Source: Piromyces finnis finn (taxonomy: Eukaryota; Fungi; Neocallimastigomycota). Taken from it: DNA of 64,000 nucleotides. The translations under genes and the position numbers were made by a program. The notes below the pieces were generated by a model. The model did no database searches. It was not told the origin of the DNA and saw only the letters and a list, made by a program, of their open reading frames with translations. Positions within the stretch are counted from its first letter, which is position 1. Each line of letters opens with the position of its first letter. Of the stretch, positions 1 to 14,048 are shown piece after piece. Where the stretch lies: contig MCFH01000079.1 in the NCBI GenBank assembly GCA_002104945.1, positions 140,154-204,153 on the forward strand, written 5' to 3'.

Positions 1-373
1 ATGAAGACACTGTTAAATTTGGTAAACTTTATATAAATAATTATTGTTAAAATTATAAATATATAGAAAAACAGTATATTAACAAAAATATTCAAATTTT
101 GTTTTTATTTTTCATATAGATTTAGTATACAATAAAAATGAAACCCTTAATAATGGTAATGATAGTTTAAAAAAAAAAAGAGTGAAATATTATTTTTTTA
201 ATTAATAAAAAAAAATATGCACATCAAAGTAATATCGAAACTAATGTCAATGTTTTTTATTGTTATTATTATAAAAAACTATAGAAATGAGTAAAATTAA
301 CAATGAAGCCTACCTCCAATATTATAAACCAGAAAATATTGTTGTTTCTTACTCCAATGATAAAACATTATAA
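1..373 (+). CDS. 3' end of an unidentified multi-exon gene truncated by the window edge (exons <1-21, 120-155, 285-373)
   Basis: GT-AG introns with consistent phase 1 give an open frame ...EDTVKF-DLVYNKNETLNN-EMSKINNEAYLQYYKPENIVVSYSNDKTL*. No recognisable family. Confidence 0.55.
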
Positions 374-988
374 TTAAAAAAGCATTTAATTTTTTTTTAC
401 TCCCTACTCCCATTTTAAAAATTTTCTTCTTCAATAACTTTTATTTATTGTATATATTTCTATTAATTATTTCATTACCTATTATCATTATAAAAATAAA
501 GTGTAGGAGAAAAGCGATTCATAAATATATAAAATTATATCTAAATCATCATTTATTAAATAAAATCAATCTATACAAATTGTTAAATTTAAATGTTTTG
601 ATTATTTTATGTGTTAAGCATCCATGATGTCTGTCCAAAGATATATATATATATAAATTCCTTTTTAATATTATATCTGTTTTTTTAAAAGTGGTATATA
701 AAAAATAGGTTAGATTTATTAAATTATTATTAATATTAGTATTGATATAAAAGCCACAAATGCACACTATTTTTGTATTTCTAGTTTTTCTATATAAAGA
801 TATATAATGAATCAGCCACAATATATTAGATTTTATATTATTTAATAATTTGTAATTAAGAAAAGATAAAAATTTAATTAAATAATTTTAATAATTTGTA
901 TTCATAAAATAACTTTAAAAGTCAATAAGCAAAAAAAAGAAATTAAAATAAAATAAAAAAAAAAAAAAATAATAAAAGTAAAAATAAG

Positions 989-3595
989 ATGGATCACAGT
1001 AATGAAATTCAAACTTTTGTTTCTATTGCTCAATGTTCTGAAGAACAAGGTTTATACATTATAAATTAAAATATTTCTTTAAATGAGTTGTCCATTAGAT
1101 TTTTAACATTTAAAAAAAAAAAGGAAAAACTTATTATAATATGTTTAAATAACATATAACATATGTTAACTACTTTTTCATATAATAAGCATTAACTATT
1201 TTAAAATATGACAATAATTAAATACTATCAATATTTAATAAAAATCAACAATTTATTATTAAATTAAATTTTATTCAAAGTCATATAAATATTTATCTAT
1301 ATATAAAAAAAAAATATTAATTATATACACAACTTTTTTTATGTAATTTAGCAAGAGAATGTTTAGAAAAATATGATTGGGATCTTAATGTAATTTCAAT
1401 ATAATAACATAAATTTAATATTATATTAATATATTCTTAATAATAATAAATATTTGAAATATCTAATTATCGATATATTATAAATAAAAATTTTAATCTT
1501 TTTTACAGGAAGCTTTAAACCATTTTGATTACTCTCAACATTCAACTAAAAAAACATCTTCTCAAAGGTATTTTTAAAGTTTAAATTTAAGTAACCTATG
1601 TATTATTAATAAAATCAAATTTCTATTTAAAAATATAAATTAGATATATATTAATAAATTTTATTTTATATTTCATTTCCTATATCATATACATAATATT
1701 GTTTTGAAACATTTTGAAAAAAAAAAAAAAAAGTTACTACCAAACCAACAAATTCGCCACTTTAGATAGTTTCAGACAACAACAAAATTCTAATAATGAT
1801 AATAACGATAATAAACAAAATTACTTTGCTGGTGGAGAACACTCGTAAATTTCCAATTCTATACATATAAAATGACAAAAGTGTTAAATTCAATAATTCT
1901 TTTCAAAAAAGTATACTTAATGAAAATTTTGTCTATTTATTATATATAATCCATTTGTTTTTTATTTTATTAGAGGAATTCTTATGGAAGGTGGTGAAGG
2001 TAGTCATACCAACCGTTTATTAAAAAAGATTTTTGAACGTGCCACTCAGTAAATATATTTATTTTTATTTTTTTGATATTTATTTCAAAACACAAGAATT
2101 ACTTATTTATTATTTAATACCCTTTCCTTTAAAAAAAAAAATCAATACCATTTTATTAATCAATATTTATAAAAATGATATTCTAATTTAAATATAAATA
2201 TTCAATTTTGATAGAGGTGGAAAAGCCAAGGCTGATGAAGAACAAGAAGAATTACCACAAGAACCAGAAAGATTCACCGGTGGTGGTAATTAACTATATT
2301 AAGAGTTATTTATATAAATTCTAATAGAAAAAAAAAAAAAAAAAATATTAATATTCTTTTATTATATAAAATTATAAAATTGAAATTTATTTTTAAAGGC
2401 TATAAATTAGGTAGTGATCAAGTAGATAGTGAATACTTTGGTGCTACATCTACAAATAAACCAAAACAAGAAAAGGTATTTAAATAGAATTTATTTTAAT
2501 AATTTTGATAAAGTGATATGTATATTATTTTGTTATTTCTCTAACTTGAGAGTATATAAAATAAAAAAAGGTAAAACGTATGATTACTTTCTGGAAGAAT
2601 GGTTTCAGTATTGATGACGGACCATTAATGGATTATGAAAGTCACAAAAATGTTTTAGAAAACTTAGAAAAAGGGTATAAAAATAAAATTATCATTTCTA
2701 TAAATACTCTCTATCATTAAATCTATATATTTTAAGATTGTAGATTGATTAATATAGTTGAGATAAAGCTTAAATAGTTAAAAAAAAAATACCTAATGAT
2801 TATATATTATTAATTCAAATATAAATAGTTACGCTCCAACTGATCTTTTCAATATTAAAAGAGGTGAAGAACTTTCAGTTGAAGTTTCACATCGTATGAG
2901 TGAAAATTACATTCCACCACCAACAAAGTTAAAGCCATTTGAAGGGGTTGGTCAAAAGTTAGGAAGGTAAGCGAGATAAATGAATTTAATTGTAAAAAAA
3001 AAAAATCATTACTCTCTAGTTTTCATTTATAATAATTTTTTTCCATAATTATAAAAAAAATATGCCACAGTTATGTTCCAGGTGTTGATGTTTCAAGTCC
3101 ACCACAACAACGTAAAGAAAGTCAATCAGAAACTAAAATTGAAGTTGATGAAAGTCAACCAACCACTTCTCTTCAAATCCGTCTTTCAAATGGTTCAAGG
3201 TAAGCGATAAATATATATATATACAAAAGTCATTTTGTATTATATTCGTCAATATATGGCATATTTAATTATTTTTTTACCATTAATTTTTTTTTCCTTT
3301 TTTATGAAACAGAGAAATGGCTACTTTCAATCACACCCACACTGTTGGTGATGTCATGCAATACATCAAGAGGTAAAACATATTATTTATATTTCATAAT
3401 CTATTCAATACAATAATATTTATATATTAAATAATTTTCTTTTTTTATATATTATATTATTATATTAGTATTAATTCTGACGCAAGACCATTCATAATAA
3501 AAACTTCTTTCCCAAACAAGGAATATCGCGATGTTAACCAAACTTTAAAAGATGCTGATCTTTTAGATGCTGTTATTATTCAACATCACTTATAA
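989..3595 (+). CDS. SHP1: p47/Shp1 (NSFL1C)-family Cdc48 cofactor, UBA-like + SEP + UBX; 12 exons (989-1049, 1352-1389, 1509-1567, 1734-1844, 1974-2048, 2215-2285, 2399-2475, 2571-2674, 2829-2966, 3071-3199, 3313-3372, 3469-3595)
   Basis: Spliced translation contains [20 protein letters not shown], the SEP motif [15 protein letters not shown], the SHP box [10 protein letters not shown], and [16 protein letters not shown]...[10 protein letters not shown]...TSFPNKE...[14 protein letters not shown]. All junctions are GT-AG and in frame. Confidence 0.92.
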
Positions 3596-5497
3596 ATTTA
3601 ATATAATATTATTTTTTGATTCATAAAAAATATTATTAATTTACATGATTTTCAATAATTATCAACAATTATCAGTACCAGTAGTAATTCAAAAAAAAAA
3701 AAAAATACTATTACTATTATTTTGTATTTAAATTTATTCATAAATAAAAACTGCTCATATTATAAATTCAAAAAAAAAAAGAAATAACTAGTGAATAAAT
3801 ACATAAATTTATTTATTATCCTCATATTTTATGTATAAATCACATGGATATTCTAAATTAAATTTTGTGTCACCATTATTTTAAGAAAGATGATGGTATT
3901 ATCCACCTTGACACAAATTTTTTTAATGCTCTATAAAAAAAGAGAATGTCGGATTAATTATTTTTAACCAATAATTATTTCCGTAAAATTCCGACCATAC
4001 CTATTTATATTAAAAATGATGTTGAAAGAGTTTTTTTTTTTTTTTTTGTTATATAAAAGAAGATTTTTTTTGGTTTTTTTTTATCAGCATAATACTTTTA
4101 ATTCTTTTTAAGAATAATAGGTTATAATGTTGTTATTATATAATATAAAGGCACCTTTTTATTCTAAATAATTTTATGCTTATGTATACATACTATTTAT
4201 CTACTATGTATAGTATAGTAATAGCTAATAAGTCGTTATAGCATTACCTTATTAAATTTAGTACATCATATTTAAAAAACAAATTTCTTTCCTTTAAATA
4301 AGAGTAATATTCATTATTTTGTTATTATGCTTTATAAAATATCAATTTTATATGAAAAAATCAACAAACTTATATTTTATTATATAATAGTAAATGCTGT
4401 TATCTTTGTTATCATACTTTATACAATAATATTCTTTTTTATTATTATTATTAGTAGTAGTAGTATTATTATTCATTGAACTTTTATATCTTATTAATGC
4501 TTAATAACATTTTTCCTTTCTTTCTACTTCATCTCTTCTCCTACAGCTACGTCCAAGGCATGCATAGACTAAAACTCCGCTACTTTTACATTAAAAATTA
4601 ATACATTAAAATGTATCAAATTTTGTTACATATTTTGTATTATGTAATTGTAAAATGTATCATGTAATTGTAATATTTCCATTATTATTTGTTGTATTAT
4701 CTCACTTTTTTTATTGATAATTACGGTATAATTAATTTTATTCAATCCCACCAATAATATTTAAATAATAAATTTTTTTTTATTTATATTAAATAGATTT
4801 ATATATAGAATTGAATGTATATATAAAATCAATAGTAAAATGTAATAATTAATACTTTTATATATGATTTAGTGATATGAAAAAAAAAATGTAATAAATA
4901 TTTTTTTGTTTTGATTTTATTCTTTTTTGGTTATTTTTATTAAATAATAATCATTATTACTTTTTTTTTTTTTCATTTAACCTTTTTTATACCTACTAAC
5001 AAAAAAAAATTATTAATTATAAATGCATTTAATAATGTCAAACTTTTTGAATATATAAAATAAATAAATAAAAATGAATTAAAAAGAATTATTATTCTCA
5101 TGTTATATATAGTCAATATGAGTTTTAAAAATGGTGTAGATATAGCATTTTAATAATTATATTGATAGTAAAAATTAAGTGTATTATGAAATATCATTGA
5201 TTCCTATATAAAAAATTATTCTCTTTTCTTCCTTTTAAAAAAAAATAATATCAATAATATTATATTATATATTAATGATTTATCAATATTAGAATTGAAT
5301 TTATTATATATGATTGTATATGTGTTTTAATATATTATCTTTGCATATATAATATATTAATCAATTTAACTTTTTTTTTGGTAAAAAATTTTTCTATAAA
5401 AAAGAAATTTAGTTAAAATAAATCTTTTTTCTTTTCGTAATTTCATTAATAAAAAATATATTAATATTTTTTTAAATCGCCTTACCAAGTCATCAAA

Positions 5498-7109
5498 ATG
5501 ATTTCTGGCAACGTTCTCACTAAGACTTCAGGTAGAATATATGAAAGTTCAGAGATATATGGAGTGAAAGTTAAAGATGGAGAAGAGTTAAAAAAAAAAA
5601 AAAAAAGCAACAATTAAAAAATAGAATAGATAGTATACAATAAGTAAATGAAATTGAATGTGAAATGAATAGATGATGTCATTTATTAATCAAAATATAC
5701 ATTTGGAATAAATAAATAATAAAAATAAATAAATAAGTGAAAAGGTGGAATGGAAATGTTTAATAAAAAGAATGAAAAATAATATGAATATGATCAAAAA
5801 AAAAAAAAACATTTTAAATAGAAATCTATATACTAAAATTGTATAAATTATTTAAATATTTAGTCTCTACTTGCAAGAGATTATACTCTACTGCCTACGA
5901 TGCTACCTTAAAGAACTTACTTATCAACAAGAACACTAAGGTCATCACCCAAGGTTTCACTGGTAAACAAGTATGTAAAATAAAAAAAAAAAAAACATAG
6001 ATTAATCAATCATTAAAAAAAAAAAAATCTAGATTCATTAATGAAAATGTAATATATGTTAATCTTGTTAATGTTTAAAATATTATTTTAAAATAGGGTA
6101 CTTTCCACGCCAAGAATGCCCTTGCTTACGGTACTAAGATGGTCGGTGGTGTTTCCCCAAAGAAGGCCGGTACCGTTCACTTAGGTCTTCCAGTCTTCAA
6201 GTCTGTTCAAGATGTAAGTTTTAAATATTATTAAAAATAAAAAGAAAAATTGATTATTAAATTGAAAAATATTAAATTTAAATAGGCTTGTGACAAGCTT
6301 CACCCAGATGCTTCCGTCATCTACGTCCCACCACCAGGTGCTGCTGCTGCTATCTTAGAAGCTATTGAAGCTGAAGTTCCATTAGTTGTTTGTATTACCG
6401 AAGGTATTCCACAACAAGATATGGTTAAGGTAAATTAAAAAAAATGATATCTATATTATACATATTTAGTAAAGTAATTTTGAAAAAAGATTATTAAATA
6501 TAACCATAAAATTTTTATGAATAGGTTGTTGATGCTCTTAACTCCCAAAACAAGTCTAGACTTGTTGGTCCAAACTGTCCAGGTGTCATTAAGGCTGAAG
6601 AATGTAAGATTGGTATTATGCCAGGTCACATTCACACCAAGGGTAAGATCGGTATTGTTTCTCGTTCTGGTACTCTTACCTACGAAGCCGTCAACCAAAC
6701 TACCAAGGCTGGTTTAGGTCAAACCTACTCCTTCGGTATTGGTGGTGATCCATTCAACGGTACTAACTTCATTGATGCCCTCAAGATCTTCCTTGATGAT
6801 GACAACACTGAAGGTATTGTCCTTATTGGTGAAATTGGTGGTTCTGCTGAAGAAGAAGCCTCTGAATTCCTTAAGCAATACAACCTTACCCGTAAGGTTC
6901 CAAAGCCAGTTGTTTCCTTCATTGCTGGTCGTACTGCTCCACCAGGCCGTCGTATGGGTCACGCTGGTGCCATTGTTGCTGGTGGTAAGGGTGGTGCTGA
7001 CGACAAGGTCAAGGCTCTCCAATCCGCTGGTGTTGTTGTCTCCGCTTCCCCAGCTCAAATGGGTGTTAAGTTAAGAGAAACTATGCTTGCTCGTGGTTTA
7101 ATCCATTAA
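5498..7109 (+). CDS. LSC1: Succinyl-CoA ligase (synthetase) alpha subunit, probably hydrogenosomal; 5 exons (5498-5531, 5864-5970, 6097-6213, 6286-6429, 6525-7109)
   Basis: Motifs [48 protein letters not shown] and the phospho-His loop [10 protein letters not shown]. The N-terminal extension [20 protein letters not shown] resembles a mitochondrial-type presequence. Confidence 0.97.
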
Positions 7110-9726
7110 ATTATTTAATCATACTTAGAAATTTTGTGATTTTATTTTTTTTCTTTTAATTTCTTTTTTGAACCCTCAATGTGAGCTTTGAAAGTACAAC
7201 GTAGAATAGAAGAAAAGAATAAAATTTGCGAGTAATATACCTAAATTATATCAATAAAAAATAAATAACAAATTATAATCTTATTAATACATAAAAAAAG
7301 GTAGTTTATCATAATGAACTTTATTTTTTTATTAATAAATTATGAGTAAATAATAAAAAAAAGCCTCCCAAATCCATAACAAATAATTTTTAAAAATTTT
7401 ATTATATATATATTTTGTTAAAAACTAAAAGTTAAAAAAACATATTTATTCTGCTTAATAATACAAAATTACAAAATATTCTCTTTTATTTAGAAAAATT
7501 ACAAAAAAAAAATTTGCAAATTACAATAAAAAAAATACAATTATATAATAAAAAACTCAACATTTTTTATATATAAAATATTTAGAGTTGACTTTTTTTT
7601 AAAAAAAAAAAAGTATACCTTGGTATTTTCTTGACTTTTTGTAAAAAAAATGGAGTGAAAGGTTTAAAAAAAAAAAAAAAAAGGAAAGTATCAATAGGTT
7701 TTTTATAGTAATATCAAAAGTGTTTTGTAAAACGTGAATCATTTCAAAAGCATTGGTATATGGGGGTAGGAATTTATATTTTAATTCCAGTACATCAGAT
7801 GTTGGTTTTTTTTTTATTAGTAGTAGTAGTACTAGTATTTTTATTACTTTTTTTTTTTCGATAATTCAAAAACATCTTTTAAAATAAAAGTTTTTTTTTT
7901 TTTAATTTTGTATTTATGAACACCGTTTATTTAAAGCTTAAACCTAAAAAAAAAAAAAAAAGTTTAAAAAAATATAACACACTCTATTTTTCACACGATT
8001 TATCATCTTTTCTCTATTTTTTTTTTTTTTACACTTTTATAGAAGGATAACATTTATTCTTGCAAGTCTATTTATCCTTTTTTATTAGTAGTAGTAGTAG
8101 TAGTATGTTTTTTGCTTTTTTTTTTTTTTTATTACTTAATATTGTATTTATTTTATTCCCTTTACAAAGTTTAAAAAGAATTAAAAGTGAAGCAACCTAT
8201 TTCACCCATTATTAAAAGGAAAAAAAATTCAATGGTTGTATAAAGTTTAAAATTAATACGATTAATAATATTATTTAATGATGTTGTATTAACAAAAAAA
8301 AAAAAAAAAAAAAAAAAAGCGACCTCATTTATTATTCTAAAAAGAGTTGTTGTTTATTTGTTATTTGCGATTTTTCTTGTCTAGTGATACTATTATTAAT
8401 ATAAATTTTTTTAAAGTTTTTTTTTATAAACATCATCATTATCACCATTACACCATTACAACTAGTAGTACCTTCCCCTATTAATAAATAGTTTAGTGTG
8501 GTTAAATAATACCAATAATAATAATTATAAAAATTGGGTTAAATCTATACCTTTTTGTCTTACTTTATTATTACCTATTCATTTTAAATTATTATTTCAT
8601 ATAAATATATGAATTTTTTTTTTTTTTGCTTAGTAAATTAGTAATAATTATTTATTATTATTTATTATTGTTTATTATTAGATAAAAAAAGAAAAAAAGA
8701 GGGAATAAAAAATTTATTTAATATAAATAATTAAACTGAAAAATAATATATTAAATAATAAATAAATATATAATCGACCATATATTATTTCTTAATATAT
8801 TAATCAATTAATAAATCTTTTAAATATATATAAAGAAAAAAAAAAACAGTGTAATAATAAGCTTTTTTTTTTTTAAAATTGTGTAATATATAAATATCCA
8901 AAGGTAGATGTTAAAAAAAAAACAATAAAATTAAATGTTGTACATATACATAGTTTTCATTAGTAGATATTATGATATGTTAAATAAATTGTATATATAA
9001 AAAAACTTGTACATTTGATGAAAGAGAAAAATGAATTTTAAAAGATTTAATGAAATTAAAATATGGAAATAATCAAAATGAAATTATATTATTTTCAATT
9101 GATAATATAATGAAAATCAATGTAGTATATAGAGGAGAAAGTGAAATAACATTGAATTAATTCGATAACATCATATTAACACTAATATAAATGGCATAAA
9201 ATATACTATTTAAAAATATATATATTATGGGAGTACTAAAATGGATGATAAATTAATCAATGAAATAATTTATAGCAAAAATTTTATTAAAATTCAATGT
9301 TCAATATTCTACATAAATGTAAAAAATAATTGTTTGATAAAAGTAAAAATAATAATAATAAATGAAAGAAACCGCCGCTAATAAATCCATATTTAAATTT
9401 ATCAAATTTGAATTTAAAAATTGAATTTTTATATATTTTTTGAAAATTTGATGAAAAATCAAATAAGAGATTTTCATATTTAATATATAAAATTCTCTAT
9501 GCCTATATAGAATATATAAAATACTAAAACATTGGCATACTCAATAAAAATTTGAATATCATATAAAAAAAAAGATATTTGAATTTAAGTGAGATCTTGT
9601 TAAACTAATAAATAATATATACTTTATGATTACTAATATATTATAAATAAATAATTTTTATGACAATAATAATAATAATAATAATAATAGAAAAAAAAAG
9701 AAAGAAATAAATAAAATAAATATAAA

Positions 9727-12255
9727 ATGTCGGCAGCCCAAACTCTTCAAAGACAATTTAGAGGTAAATTACTTTAAACGAAAATATAATAGTTGACATA
9801 TATATAAAGTTATAATAAAATATTAACTTTTTTTTTTTTCTAATGAATGATTTTTATATATATTTATTTTAACTATGGATAATAAAGAATTTCAAAAAAA
9901 TCCACTCCCAGGTTTTAATGTAAGATGGTTTTTTTAAAAAAAAAAAAGAAAAGGTTGATTAAGGATTATATAATATTAATACAAAAATGAATAAATAATA
10001 ATTTTTAGGTTGAATTAAAAGAAGATAATATTTTTGTATGGGAGTATGTATTATGTATTATATACTATATTTTAAAATATAAATAAATGTTTTTTTTTTC
10101 TATTAATAAATTAGTATATGAAAATCTAATTGTCTATTAATAATTAATCTTTAAAAAAGTATTGGAATTTTTGGTCCACCAGATACTATCTATGAAGGCG
10201 GTTATTTTAAAGTGAGTTTATTTTATATAGATAATCTTTTATTATTATGTTTATTAATTATTTATTTATATAGATAATCTTTTATTATTATGTTTATTAA
10301 TTATTTATTTATATAGATAATCTTTTATTATTATGTTTATTAATTATTTATTTATATAGATAATCTTTTATTATTATGTTTATTAATTAATTATTTATAT
10401 AGATAGTCTTTTATTATTATGTTTATTAATTATTTATTTATATAGATAATCTTTTATTATTATGTTTATTAATTAATTATTTATATAGATAGTCTTTTAT
10501 TATTATGTTTATTAATTATTTATTTATATAGATAATCTTTTATTATTATGTTTATTAATTATTTATTTATATAGATAATCTTTTATTATTATGTTTATTA
10601 ATTAATTATTTATATAGATAGTCTTTTATTATTATGTTTATTAATTATTTATTTATATAGATAGTCTTTTATTATTATGTTTATTAATTAATTATTTATA
10701 TAGATAGTCTTTTATTATTATGTTTATTAATTAATTATTTATATAGATAGTCTTTTATTATTATGTTTATTAATTAATTATTTATTTATTATATCTTTTA
10801 TTTAAAGGCCACCATGAAATTCTCAGAAGATTACCCATTTAATCCACCATCATTCACCTTTAATAATCCATTCTATCATGTAAATATTCTTTAAAATAGG
10901 CATATGGAATAAAAAAAAAATATTAATAATAAATAAAAGAAAAAATCATTTTTCTTGTTTATATGGATATCAAAGTAATTATATTAATCAATATCTATTG
11001 TTTTAATTAATATTAAATTCTATTTATTCAAACAATTGCTATTTTAAATAGCCAAATGTGTAAGTATTTATGAGAATTTATTTAGTAATGAAAAGATAAA
11101 ATTTTATATGTTCATATTTAATAATGATAATATCTCTATTAAATATAATTTATATTTCCTATTCACGTTATTATCAGTTATACTGATGGTCGTTTATGTA
11201 TTTCTATTTTACATCCACCAACACCAGATCCAATGAGGTAGAGTATCATAAGTAAATATCATTCATTAATATATTAAATCTTTTTTTAATTTTACCTCTA
11301 AAATAAATATATAGTGGTGAACGTCCAGAAGAAAGATGGAATCCAACTCAATCCGTTGAAAGTAAATATAGAAATAGAAACTTTAATGATCAATAGAAAA
11401 AAAAGAAGAAAAAAAAAAAGAAAAGAAAAAAAGAAAAATTATTATATTTAATAGTTTGATTATCTAATATTTTTTGAAAATCAATAATGAAATTAAATAT
11501 TATAAATTTCATAATTCAAAAACAGGTATTTTACTTTCTGTTATTTCATTATTAACTGATCCAAATGTTTCATCACCTGCTAATGTTGATGCTGGTGTAA
11601 GTAATTCATAAATTCATACAAATCAGCACTATAGCCAAAATATATTTTATATATATTTTACTAAAAAAAAAAAAAAAAAAAGGAAAAATAAAATATACGA
11701 TCTAAATGTATATATATTGACATGTAATTTTTTTTTTTTACCTTTTTCAGGTTATGTACAGAAACGATAGAAAACAATATGAACAAATAGTCCGTGAAGA
11801 AGTTGAAAGATCAAAAAGAGATATTCCAGAAAATGTTACTGTTCCAAAATCAGGTTAATTATTTTTTTAATCAATAGTTGTTGCTGTTGTTGTTGTTGTT
11901 GTTGTTGTTGTTACAATCAATAATATTTGAATAAATAAATGTTTTTTTTATTATTATTATTATTAACATTTTAATTATTATACTTTGTTTTATTTTCATC
12001 TCTATCGATATTAGCGGAAGACTTTATAGTAAAAAATCAACCAGAAATTGAAGAAGATGAATCTTTCTGGTATGATGATGAAGTTGATGAAGTAAGTGAT
12101 GATGATAACTATTTATAAATTTTAATATTTATTCCTATCCTATTAACTATATTAATGCTGATACTGATAATGATGTTATAATTAATATTATTAAATAAAA
12201 TTAAAAATAAAATTAAAATTAGGAATGGGATGAAGATTACATGTCTGATGAATAA
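9727..12255 (+). CDS. CDC34: Ubiquitin-conjugating enzyme E2, Cdc34/UBE2R type; 12 exons (9727-9763, 9888-9919, 10009-10043, 10160-10211, 10808-10879, 11052-11059, 11178-11237, 11315-11361, 11526-11596, 11751-11853, 12015-12091, 12223-12255)
   Basis: GPPDTIYEGGYFK, YPFNPP, FYHPNVYTDGRLCISILHPP (catalytic Cys), the insertion loop TPDPMSGERPEERWNPTQSVESILLSVISLL, and an acidic C-terminal tail (EEDESFWYDDEVDEEWDEDYMSDE*) typical of Cdc34. Confidence 0.9.
10216..10790. repeat. Minisatellite, 13 x 43 bp, in intron 4 of the E2 gene
   Basis: ATAGAT recurs at 10227, 10270, 10313 ... 10743, an exact 43-bp period. Two variable sites (gataatc/gatagtc; attattt/attaatt). Confidence 0.97.
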
Positions 12256-13933
12256 TTTATAAACTAGCATACCAAAATATAATCCATATATATATGTTTA
12301 TATCTATGTATGTGTATATGTTCAAAAAAAAAAAAACACCAAGTCAGCAACACAACAAAAACTATAATGAAATAAAATAAAAAAAAAAAAAGGAACAAAA
12401 ATATATACTAAAAATAAAAAAAAAAAAAAAAAAATGATGATATATAAAATTAAAATAGTTTTATTATTTTAGTATTTTATACTTTTTTTTTTTTCCTTAT
12501 TATTAATATTTTCCATTTTGATTTTTTTTTTTAATTTTATATTTTATATCTCTAATGTTTATTAAAATTTCACTTTATTTCTTCTTTTTTACTGCTTTTT
12601 TTTTTTTATTATTTTTCTTATTATTATATTTAAGAAAAACAAATAAATAAATAAATAAAAAGTTTTTAAATGTTTTTCTTACTTTTTTTAAAAAAAAAAA
12701 AACTAAACTAAAATTTTAGTGTGTATGATTGAAACCTTTCTTAAAAAAGACCATTTTTTAGGGAAAAAAAAAATCTTTTAAAGGCGTTTATTAAAAGAAT
12801 GTTTAACCTTTATAATAAACAATGAATATGAAAAGAAAATAAAAAGTAAAAAAAAAAATAATAATAACTGTTGTTGTTATTATTGTTGGTGTTGTTGGTG
12901 GTGGTGGTGTTGTTGTTGTTGTTAATAAAATTATAAACCTTTTTTTATTTTCCCCTTTTACACACCCTTATACTTTTAAAAGATTAAAAGTATATTTGAA
13001 TTACACAGCCAGCGCTGTTATTTTTTTTTAAATTAACTAATTATTACTATTAATATAATTAATTTATTTATACATATTATAATATATTGCAATATATTGA
13101 AATTAAATTAATTTTTAATTTTTCAATTTACAAAAACTATTTTTTAAAAAAAAAAAAAACTTTGAAAGTAAAGGAAAAAATAAAAAAAAAAAAAAGGGAA
13201 AAGTGATTGTATTATAAAGTAAAATAAAAAAAAAAAATAAATTTAAAAAAAAAAAAAGTGTGTATATATAGCACATAAGCATATATATACATATAAATAT
13301 AAATAAGAAAGAAAGAAAAATATTTTAAATTTATTTTATTTTCTAAATACACAAAAAACTATCAAGAAAAGATATACACCTACCAGAGTATATACTAATT
13401 TGTATAAAAAAAAAAAGAGGGAAAATAATAAAAATAAAAAAAAAAATAAAACTAATAATTTTATTGAATATATTATTATTTGAAATTCAGAAATATATCC
13501 AAAAGTTAATTATAATAATTATCTTTATGTTATATAGTTGTTGATATATATATTTTTATATTTAAAAATCAGATTTCAAAAAAAAAAAAAATTATATTTT
13601 ATTTCAACAATTAAATTTTTCAATTACTTAAAAACAAACAAAAATTATATAGTTTTTTTTTTATTATTATTATTATTTATTTATTCTTTTTGGAGATATA
13701 CACAATACCATAATTAAAATAACTAATTGTTAATAAGGTAAAAGAAAATAAATATATAAATATTGAAATTATTTTATATATAATTAATGAAATGTAATTA
13801 TTACTATAAAAATGTACATTTTAACAATTAAATTATATAAAAATAATAATTATATTAATATTTTTTTTTCTTACTTCATAATAACAATACATATATATAT
13901 GTTATGTATATTGTTTCTTTCGTAATACCATTT

Positions 13934-14040
13934 AAAATATACTTTATTCATCCTTTACTGGATAAAATTTAATACAAATAATATTAAAAATATACTTTAT
14001 GCATTCTTTACTGAATAAAATTTAATACAAATAATATTAA
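13934..14040. repeat. Two-copy 53-bp tandem duplication just upstream of the lipase ATG
   Basis: aaaatatactttat(t/g)cat(c/t)ctttactg(g/a)ataaaatttaatacaaataatatta occurs twice. Confidence 0.9.
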
Positions 14041-14048
14041 ATAGGAAA

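Noticed and set aside
6456-7074. Five extra ORFs overlapping the SCS-alpha last exon
   Set aside because: Antisense or alternative-frame artefacts of strong codon bias (few stops in other frames).
10216-10790. CRISPR-like array
   Set aside because: No unique spacers, eukaryotic intronic context; a plain head-to-tail minisatellite.
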